Positions 33,990 to 40,802 of a stretch of 64,000 bases of DNA are shown here, piece after piece. The DNA lies in assembly GCA_017609465.1 (NCBI GenBank), contig JAFCDX010000004.1:1822-65821 (forward strand), read 5' to 3'. Position 1 is the first letter of the stretch. Each line of letters starts with the position of its first letter. Position numbers and translations under genes: made by a program. Under the pieces are notes generated by a model. That model did no database searches. It saw only the letters and a list, made by a program, of their open reading frames with translations, and was not told the DNA's origin. The stretch comes from Candidatus Woesearchaeota archaeon (GTDB lineage Archaea; Nanobdellota; Nanobdellia; SCGC-AAA011-G17; JAFCDX01).

Positions 33990-34549
33990 TAAAATTAAAC
34001 AGCACTAACATAAAATTATGCAGAAGCTGTTTCCTTAAATATTTTGAAAAAAAAGTTCTTGGAACAATAAGAAAATATGACATGATAGGAAATTCAAAAA
34101 AAATAAATATTCTTGATGATGAATTTTTTAATATTAACTTCAATATATTAAATCAATTGTCAGAGCAAAGAAGAGGAAAATTTAAGGTCTTTAAGACAAA
34201 ATTAAGAAAAGGAAAAACAGCAACTTCCGATAACATAGATACAATATCTTCATTGATATTGTTAAGCGAGTTCAAGAACAGATTAAGAAAGGACCTTCTT
34301 CCTGTTTACAAAAACACAATAAGGCCATTATATTTTATGCATCTTGAGGAAATAGAACTGTATGCAAAATTAAAAAAATTAAGAATTAAAAAAAGAAAGC
34401 TTCCTACAAGGCAGAAAAAAGTTATGAATTTCATAAATGATATGGAAAAACAGTATTCTGGAACAAAAAACAATATAGTAAAATCTTATATTGAATTAAT
34501 TAATAATCTAATTGATGAAACAGAAGAAGAAAGATACAAAAAGCATTAG
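33956..34549 (+). CDS. degenerate TtuA/Ncs6-like protein lacking the PP-loop
   Basis: N-terminal zinc ribbon 'CKNCKTRPVIKL..KLCRSCFLKYFEKKV..IRKY' and C-terminal 'IRPLYFMHLEEIELYAKL...MNFINDMEKQYSGTKNNIV' are collinear with tRNA thiolases. There is no SGGKDS motif. Confidence 0.55.
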   Translation: MPCKNCKTRPVIKLNSTNIKLCRSCFLKYFEKKVLGTIRKYDMIGNSKKINILDDEFFNINFNILNQLSEQRRGKFKVFKTKLRKGKTATSDNIDTISSLILLSEFKNRLRKDLLPVYKNTIRPLYFMHLEEIELYAKLKKLRIKKRKLPTRQKKVMNFINDMEKQYSGTKNNIVKSYIELINNLIDETEEERYKKH

Positions 34550-34620
34550 AAGAAGTTAAACAAGGAAAACTTTATTCTATAGAGGATGTAGCTAAGGGAC
34601 ATGGGGTAACTTTAGAGTAA
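34519..34620 (+). pseudogene. antitoxin C-terminal remnant
   Basis: The frame is open only from 34519 and has no start: NRRRKIQKALEEVKQGKLYSIEDVAKGHGVTLE*. The stop lies 1 nt before the decayed RelE-like ATG. Confidence 0.35.
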
Positions 34621-34621
34621 A

Positions 34622-34874
34622 ATGTATTCTATTGAATTAACTAAAATATCCAAAGACTATCTTAAAAAAATTCTAAAAAGGATAATAAGATAATATTAAA
34701 TAAAATATTCCTTGAGAGAGAATCCCTTTCAGGTATATAAGGAGATTAAAAGGTAGCAAATTATGGAGACTTAGAGTGTTAAAATATAGAATTATAATTG
34801 ATATTATAATATCAAATAATAAAATAATTTTTCTAAGAATAGGGCGTAGAAAAAATATTTATAACAAACAATAA
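34622..34874 (+). pseudogene. RelE/ParE-family toxin pseudogene (at least 2 frameshifts)
   Basis: Frame 1: MYSIELTKISKDYLKKILKR..*. Frame 2: KIILNKIFLER.. Frame 3: IPFRYIRRLKGSKLWRLRVLKYRIIIDIIISNNKIIFLRIGRRKNIY. Joined, these give the RelE pattern (..wRlRvg.yRii..i.....i.il.i.hR...Y). Confidence 0.65.
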
Positions 34875-35365
34875 CTCATTAATTTTTTATATTTCCATGT
34901 CAATGCTACTTTTGATCCTTCGTATTCTACATTATAATCATTATTCTCTTTTATTGTCTTGTAAAGTTCGCATATACTTTTAGATTCAAGATTTCTTACA
35001 TAATAATCCCCTGTAAGCATCTTGAAATCATAATTTTCATCAATGGTTTCTCTGATATCTCCAGAACCGTACAGAGTCAATCCATTATCAGTAATATAAC
35101 CATTGCCGTCAAAGAACTGCATTGCGATTACTGCATCTTCAGGTATTACATCAAATATGTCAGAATTCATTAATTTCTCCTTTATTAAAGTTAAATCAAT
35201 CTCATAACTTTTTGTGTAAAAGGAACCAACATCATTGCTTCTTGCAGAATAATCAATATTTTGTATGTTAAAATCATTAAACTCTTCTTCCTCCTTCTCA
35301 GGAAGATTTAATACAATAATAACCAAGGCTATTATTATAACAAATACACCAATTTTCTTTATCAT
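34859..35365 (-). CDS. secreted/anchored hypothetical protein
   Basis: N-terminal TM 'IGVFVIIIALVIIVLNL'. No motif recognised. Confidence 0.55.
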   Translation of the reverse strand: MIKKIGVFVIIIALVIIVLNLPEKEEEEFNDFNIQNIDYSARSNDVGSFYTKSYEIDLTLIKEKLMNSDIFDVIPEDAVIAMQFFDGNGYITDNGLTLYGSGDIRETIDENYDFKMLTGDYYVRNLESKSICELYKTIKENNDYNVEYEGSKVALTWKYKKLMSYCLL

Positions 35366-35395
35366 ATAAAATTAAATAAAAAGGGATTTATAAAT

Positions 35396-35500
35396 TTATT
35401 TGAATTTTCTCCTTCTTATCTTTTCCTTCATCCTCAAAAGCTGGATGTACTCAATGATGTATGGGTCAAAACCTATAAGGTTGTGAAAATCTGATTTCAT
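35396..35500 (-). CDS. candidate 34-aa micro-protein
   Basis: ggaggtga SD lies 7 nt upstream of the ATG. MKSDFHNLIGFDPYIIEYIQLLRMKEKIRRRKFK. Below the ORF-track cutoff. Confidence 0.3.
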   Translation of the reverse strand: MKSDFHNLIGFDPYIIEYIQLLRMKEKIRRRKFK

Positions 35501-35602
35501 GTGAAATCACCTCCTGAAAATAGGATAATTTTTCTTTATAAATAGGGTATGCAACAAAAATACAGAATTAAGATATGGATTAATAATTCATAATGTTTTT
35601 AA

Positions 35603-36337
35603 ATGGATTTTAGGGATTTTTATAAAATGCCTACTCTGGAATTTGTGCCTCAATGGTTTAATGGATATTCCTTTGTAATATTTGAATTCTTCAGTGCAAT
35701 AGTGTTAATGCTTATTGCAGCATATTCATACAAATGCTACAAATTCACAGACAACATAAAGAACAAGAGACTTGCAACAGCATTTTTCTTGATGGGTCTT
35801 GGTTTTATATCAAAAATATCAACCAACATAATAATACATTACACTTTTGTTGAGACAATAAATTTTGGGTTCTTTAACTTCATTGTAAGCACTGTAAAAT
35901 CCTCTGACATCCTGTTTACAATAGGTTACTTCTTTTACAGGTTATTGATATTGTTTGGGCTTTATGTTTTTTATCTTGCTATATCAGACTCAAAGGAAAA
36001 CATTTTATTTATGACATATTTCATAATAATAACTACAATATTCAGCAGCTTTGCACATTACGTTTTCCACATGACGGTTTTAATACTTGCTGGAACAATA
36101 ACAGGATTGTATTACAAGAATTACTTGAAAAAAAAGACTAAAAGAATTATGTTAATATTTACATCATTCCTACTGATAACAATAGCTCAGGCCTTTTTCA
36201 TATTCTCTATAGGCAAACACAACATTTATGTAGTTTCTGAAATTATACAATTAACAGGTTTCATACTGTTATTATACACATTCATAAAAACGATAGGTAA
36301 AAATGCCAAAAAGAAACAGAATAGAAATAATAAATGA
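35603..36337 (+). CDS. polytopic membrane protein (about 7-8 TM)
   Basis: Repeated hydrophobic segments throughout. Overlaps the downstream wHTH gene by 35 nt. Confidence 0.7.
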   Translation: MDFRDFYKMPTLEFVPQWFNGYSFVIFEFFSAIVLMLIAAYSYKCYKFTDNIKNKRLATAFFLMGLGFISKISTNIIIHYTFVETINFGFFNFIVSTVKSSDILFTIGYFFYRLLILFGLYVFYLAISDSKENILFMTYFIIITTIFSSFAHYVFHMTVLILAGTITGLYYKNYLKKKTKRIMLIFTSFLLITIAQAFFIFSIGKHNIYVVSEIIQLTGFILLLYTFIKTIGKNAKKKQNRNNK

Positions 36338-36581
36338 CATCTTGAGTTCTATAAGTTCTAAGGGAAAAATAAAGCCAACCCATTTGATGTACAAGTCAAA
36401 TTTATCCCATACCTTGATGAAGTCTTATTTAGAAGAGTTAATAGAAAAAAACATGGTTGAGGAAAAGAAAGTTGAACATAAGAAACACGAGCATTCTTAT
36501 TTTATCATAACAGAGAAAGGGATTAAGTTTATGGAGAAGTTCAAGCAGATGAAAGAATTTGAAGAGACTTTCGGATTATGA
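36303..36581 (+). CDS. archaeal winged-helix protein (HTH_45-like)
   Basis: 'KRNRIEIINDILSSI...KPTHLMYKSNLSHTLMKSYLEELIEKNMV...YFIITEKGIKFMEKF'. Confidence 0.65.
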   Translation: MPKRNRIEIINDILSSISSKGKIKPTHLMYKSNLSHTLMKSYLEELIEKNMVEEKKVEHKKHEHSYFIITEKGIKFMEKFKQMKEFEETFGL

Positions 36582-36808
36582 ATTAACTATAATTTCTTTT
36601 TATGGTTTCATTTTTCAAGCGCCTCTGAAATTAATGCTCTTCTTCCCAATGGATTTTCAAAGGATGTAAAGGGAGAAGAAAAAATGTATTGAATAATTAA
36701 TTAAAGAAAAAATATTATTTTTTAAACAAACCTTCTATAGAAAAGAGTTTTCTGTTAACACAGGAGAAAAAGAAAAATAATGTATTATATTAATAAGTTC
36801 TTGGGGGA

Positions 36809-37177
36809 TTAATTCTTATTTTCATAATTTTCAATTGCTTTTTTAAAAGTTTTTATAACCATGTGTGTACAATGCAGTTTTATTGCAGGAACATCACCAA
36901 GATCATTTTTTATGTCCTCATATGATACTTTTTTTGCCTCTTCTATGGTTTTTCCCTTAACGATTCTGCAGAATGATTCAGAAGCAGCTATTGCAGCTAT
37001 ACATCCATATGTCAAATAAGAAATATCTTTTATCTTGTTGTTTTTTATTTTCAAGAATATCTTAAATATGTCCCCACATTTAATGTTTCCTTCTTCTGCA
37101 ACAGCACTAGGGTTCTTTATTTCCCTTGCAAACTTGGGATTCTTGAAGTAATCCATTAATTTTTCAGAATACATCAT
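36809..37177 (-). CDS. iscU: Fe-S cluster scaffold, IscU/NifU N-terminal type
   Basis: Three ligand cysteines in 'GNIKCGD', 'YGCIAAIAASE', 'KLHCTHM'. Confidence 0.85.
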   Translation of the reverse strand: MMYSEKLMDYFKNPKFAREIKNPSAVAEEGNIKCGDIFKIFLKIKNNKIKDISYLTYGCIAAIAASESFCRIVKGKTIEEAKKVSYEDIKNDLGDVPAIKLHCTHMVIKTFKKAIENYENKN

Positions 37178-38313
37178 TTTATCGGTGACATCTTCCTTAA
37201 TTTTTTAATAATATCAGGAAGTACTTTAATTACAAAATCAATGTCTTTTTCTTTTGTGTATTTGCTTAATGTTAATCTCAAAGAACCGTGGGCCTCTTCA
37301 TGTGTTAATCCGATTGTCTTAAGAACATGGCTTGGTTCTAATGATTTTGAAGAGCATGCACTTCCAGTTGATGAACATATTCCTTTTGCATCAAGATAAC
37401 CTCCAATGGCTTCTCCTTCAACAGCATCAAAGGATATATTCACATTATTGCATAACCTTCTTTCTCTTGAGCCGTTTAATCTTGCATTGTCAATATTGTT
37501 TAATATAAAATCTATTAATTTATCTCTTAATTTTGTCATGTTTTTTATGTCACTGTTCTTTATTATCTTTGTAGCTTCTGCAAAACCCACAATCCCAGAA
37601 ATGTTTTCTGTTCCAGCTCTTAACTTTCTTTCTTGTGAACCCCCATGCATTTGCTTTTTTAACTTTATTCTTTCTCTAATATATAACGCGCCTATGCCTT
37701 TCGGTCCGTGAAACTTGTGCCCTGAAAAAGATATTAAGTCTATTTTTAATTTTTTAACACTTATTGGTATTTTTGTAAATGATTGAACTGCATCTGTATG
37801 AAAGATTATGTCATGCTTCTTGCATAATTCTGCTATTTGCTCAATGGGTTGTATTGTCCCTATTTCATTGTTTGCGTGCATTACAGAAATTAATATTGTA
37901 TCTTTTCTTATTGAATTTTTTAATTGATCCAAGTCTATGAAACCTTCACTGTCCACATCAATATATGTTGCTTCAAAGCCTTTTTTTTCAAGTTCTTCAA
38001 CAGTTCTTAAAACACACGGATGCTCTATTTTTGAAGTTATTATGTGCCCTCTTCCTTTTTCATATGCAACACCTTTTATTGCCAAATTGTTTGATTCAGA
38101 ACCTCCTGAAGTGAATATTATTTCTGAAGGCTTTGCGCTTATTGCATTTGCGACTGTCCTTCTTGATTCTTCCAAAGCCATTCTTGCTTCCTGTCCTTTT
38201 TGATGCAGTGAGGAGGCATTTCCAAATTTTTCATTGAAATACGGGAGCATTTTTTTTATTACTTTATCATCTACTTTTGTTGTTGCCCCATTATCTAAAT
38301 ATATTAAATTCAT
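37174..38313 (-). CDS. iscS: cysteine desulfurase (NifS/IscS)
   Basis: 'IYLDNGATT', PLP-Lys 'SFSGHKFHGPKG', active-site loop 'SSTGSACSS'. Confidence 0.92.
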   Translation of the reverse strand: MNLIYLDNGATTKVDDKVIKKMLPYFNEKFGNASSLHQKGQEARMALEESRRTVANAISAKPSEIIFTSGGSESNNLAIKGVAYEKGRGHIITSKIEHPCVLRTVEELEKKGFEATYIDVDSEGFIDLDQLKNSIRKDTILISVMHANNEIGTIQPIEQIAELCKKHDIIFHTDAVQSFTKIPISVKKLKIDLISFSGHKFHGPKGIGALYIRERIKLKKQMHGGSQERKLRAGTENISGIVGFAEATKIIKNSDIKNMTKLRDKLIDFILNNIDNARLNGSRERRLCNNVNISFDAVEGEAIGGYLDAKGICSSTGSACSSKSLEPSHVLKTIGLTHEEAHGSLRLTLSKYTKEKDIDFVIKVLPDIIKKLRKMSPIK

Positions 38314-38609
38314 TTTTTATAACACTCCTTTTTGCAATAGCATTGAACATGTTTTTCCACTAATTTCATCAATGGAACCATTGTCTTCTTGTTTAATGAG
38401 TATATTCTTTCTTTTCCTTTTCTTTCAACTTCTATAAAATGGCAGTCATGTAATCTCTTTAAATTATGGGATACTTTTGACTGTTCCTCTTTTAATATCT
38501 TGGTTATTTCATTTACTGGCATTGGTTTTTTCATTAGAAGATCTAGTATCTTTACTCTTAACTTAGAGCTCATGGTCTCGAAAAACAAATTATATGAAGG
38601 ACATTTCAT
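38310..38609 (-). CDS. ArsR/SmtB-family regulator with Cys-rich C-terminus
   Basis: 'LRVKILDLL..PMPVNEITKILKEEQSKVSHNLKRLHDCHFIEVERKGKERIYSLN', C-terminal 'QCYCKKEC'. 4-nt overlap with iscS. Confidence 0.8.
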   Translation of the reverse strand: MKCPSYNLFFETMSSKLRVKILDLLMKKPMPVNEITKILKEEQSKVSHNLKRLHDCHFIEVERKGKERIYSLNKKTMVPLMKLVEKHVQCYCKKECYKK

Positions 38610-38890
38610 ATGAAATAATATTCATAAGTAGTTTATAAATGTTGTGGTTAAAAAGATCTAAAGAAAATAAGAACTAGTATCATTAAAAAGGATATTACTA
38701 TTGTTAAAGGAAAGTATTTCGGTTTTCTTATTATTAATGGAATTAATTAAGTATTACTATCAATTATTGCAACCCATCAAATAATAACAACAATTCCTGC
38801 AATAATATCAATGGGATTTCCGAGTAATACACTTAACCTTTTCATAATAACAATATAATAATTTTATTTATAAACATTTTGTGTTTTAAC

Positions 38891-39172
38891 TCATTTTAGA
38901 ACTTCCAGGCTTCCCATTTTTCCGGTTGATACCTGCATATTGCTGTTATATATGCTTGACCATCCCTTTGTTATTTTTATTTTGTCTCCCTCATTCACTT
39001 TTTCTATGTCATCATTCCATAACGTTATTGTTACTTCTCCTGTATCATCCTTTCCCTTGCAATTGCATACTCTTAATTGCCCGTTTCTCACTTCTCTTGG
39101 TTCTTCCTTTTCTGTAATTTCTAGAATTATCTCATCCACTGGAGACCTGTCTTTTAATTCATTGACTTTCAT
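38891..39172 (-). CDS. single OB-fold nucleic-acid-binding protein (short RPA/SSB-like)
   Basis: 'VDEIILEITEKEEPREV...CKGKDDTGEVTITLWNDDIEKVNEGDKIKITKGW' fits the archaeal single-OB pattern. Confidence 0.6.
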   Translation of the reverse strand: MKVNELKDRSPVDEIILEITEKEEPREVRNGQLRVCNCKGKDDTGEVTITLWNDDIEKVNEGDKIKITKGWSSIYNSNMQVSTGKMGSLEVLK

Positions 39173-39228
39173 TGTTATTCACCTCAAGAAAATCAAAAAT
39201 AGATTATATATAAATGTTGTTGTGAAGA

Positions 39229-39615
39229 TTAAATTGAGTTTATTTTTTTCTGTTCTCTTTTCCATTCATCAAATCTTCTTTCTTCCTCTTTATATGCTGA
39301 ATTAAATGCATCATGGACTTCATCAACACTTATTCTTTCTTCATATAGTTTGTATAAAAGCATTGAATTAAAAACATTTAATCTTGGTTCTAGTTTTTCT
39401 TTTTCAGTAAGCGCGAAATCCCTTAAAACTCCCCTTGGAATAACAAAACTTTTTTCTTCTCCATCTTTTTCTATTATATAGAGCAAATGATCATCAATAG
39501 AAGTCTTGAGATAATCTATCCTTAATCTTTCACTTTCATAAAGAGGTTTTTCTTCCATAATTTTTGTAATTAAAACATATATATAAGCATTTATTTTAAC
39601 AAAAATATATTTCAA
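39229..39615 (-). CDS. hypothetical protein
   Basis: ORF only. The likely true start is the internal 'MEEKPLY'. Confidence 0.5.
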   Translation of the reverse strand: MKYIFVKINAYIYVLITKIMEEKPLYESERLRIDYLKTSIDDHLLYIIEKDGEEKSFVIPRGVLRDFALTEKEKLEPRLNVFNSMLLYKLYEERISVDEVHDAFNSAYKEEERRFDEWKREQKKINSI

Positions 39616-39649
39616 AAAAACTTATAAAGAACCTAATAAAGCAGTTTAT

Positions 39650-39985
39650 ATGAGAAAATCTATTTTATTAATAATTCCATTGTTGTTTTTGATGGCTGCA
39701 TGTGACAACACAACAGGAAGTTCAGTAAAAGATGTTTCTGAATTAAGTGAAATGGAGAGATTTGCAAAGCTTGAGGCTGAATTTGCATGTGACTTGTTTG
39801 ATTCTGAAAGTGAACAGGATGTATTGGAAGCCATGAAAAACATAGGTTACTTGCTTGACAAATACGGATTTACTGAACAAGATATTGAAAAACTTAAAGT
39901 AAAATACAATAATACTGAATTCGTTCAAGTTGTTGTTGAAAACATAGAAGGTATTTGTCCTGAAAACCTTGAAAATATGCAATAG
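39650..39985 (+). CDS. small putative lipoprotein
   Basis: 'LLIIPLLFLMAACDN' signal plus lipobox-like Cys. TATA-like cttataaag sits ~27 nt upstream. Confidence 0.55.
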   Translation: MRKSILLIIPLLFLMAACDNTTGSSVKDVSELSEMERFAKLEAEFACDLFDSESEQDVLEAMKNIGYLLDKYGFTEQDIEKLKVKYNNTEFVQVVVENIEGICPENLENMQ

Positions 39986-40018
39986 TTTTATTAATTTCCT
40001 TATAGTGGTGACAAATAG

Positions 40019-40032
40019 AAAGATTTATAAAG
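40019..40032 (+). promoter_or_regulatory. BRE/TATA promoter element (aaagatttataaag)
   Basis: Exact 14-mer, 28 nt before the ATG at 40060, implying a near-leaderless transcript. Confidence 0.45.
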
Positions 40033-40059
40033 TATGAAATATTCTTATTTTTAATTAAA

Positions 40060-40770
40060 ATGAAGCTTGAAAATAGATTAAAATGTGTTAAAAGAGGAGC
40101 TACAATATTGGCATTATCAACTGCTTTAGGTTTAGGTGCTGGTTATTGTGGCGGAAGTTCTGGTGGAAGTTCTGGTAGAGGAGATACTCCTACGAATAAT
40201 GCTCCAACAGTTTATATTAACAACCCTTTAGATGGAAGTACTTTTTATAGAGGAGAAGATATTCCTTTAAGTGCTTATGCTACAGACCCTGAAAATAACA
40301 TAAGTTATGGAGGGTGGGATCCTGTTGATGGACTTACACCAATAGATGGTGTTAACAAACTTAACGGTGGAACTTATAATGTTCAATTAGATTCTACTTT
40401 AGGAACAAAAACATTGACTGCTTATGCTGTGGACGAGGAAGGCCTTCAAGGAGATACAACAGTTAATATTGATATCTTAAATAATCCACCTGAAGCTATA
40501 GCAGAACGTAAAAACGTTGATTGTGACTCAATAGTTCCATATGATTTTACAAGGAGTTCGGATTTGGAAGATGGAAACACATTAGGTAATTATTATGTTG
40601 ATTGGGGGGATAGTCATTATGACAATGATCCTGATGGTATAATATTTCATACATATAAATTCTCAGAGGGTTCATGTGGTAAAATTTTTCTTTTAAAATT
40701 AATAGTAACAGATCTTGATGGAGATACTGCTAGCGATACTGCTTTTATTAATGTTAGTGATAATCAGTAA
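40060..40770 (+). CDS. surface lipoprotein with Ig/PKD-like modules
   Basis: 'LGAGYCGGSSGGSSG' signal/Cys/GS linker. 'NNAPTVYINNPLDGSTF' and 'LIVTDLDGDTASD' resemble modules of the giant adhesin. Confidence 0.65.
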   Translation: MKLENRLKCVKRGATILALSTALGLGAGYCGGSSGGSSGRGDTPTNNAPTVYINNPLDGSTFYRGEDIPLSAYATDPENNISYGGWDPVDGLTPIDGVNKLNGGTYNVQLDSTLGTKTLTAYAVDEEGLQGDTTVNIDILNNPPEAIAERKNVDCDSIVPYDFTRSSDLEDGNTLGNYYVDWGDSHYDNDPDGIIFHTYKFSEGSCGKIFLLKLIVTDLDGDTASDTAFINVSDNQ

Positions 40771-40802
40771 ATTTTATATATCTCTATTTATAATTCTATA
40801 TT

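Noticed and set aside
33125-34143. Minus-strand ORFs 33125-33490, 33480-33740 and 33709-34143
   Set aside because: They lie antisense to the PIN-like, YjbQ and TtuA-like genes. YjbQ is unambiguous, and these frames are low-complexity.
36582-36808. A GC-richer patch whose minus strand reads ..FENPLGRRALISEALEK*
   Set aside because: The open frame is ~30 codons with no start. It may be a relic, but no family could be assigned.
38614-38890. Short minus-strand hydrophobic ORF fragments (MKRLSVLLGNPIDIIAGIVVII*...)
   Set aside because: They are interrupted by stops and too short to support a gene or pseudogene call.
37406-39305. Plus-strand ORFs opposite iscS, the ArsR gene and the OB-fold gene
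   Set aside because: They are antisense to confidently identified genes and have no motifs.
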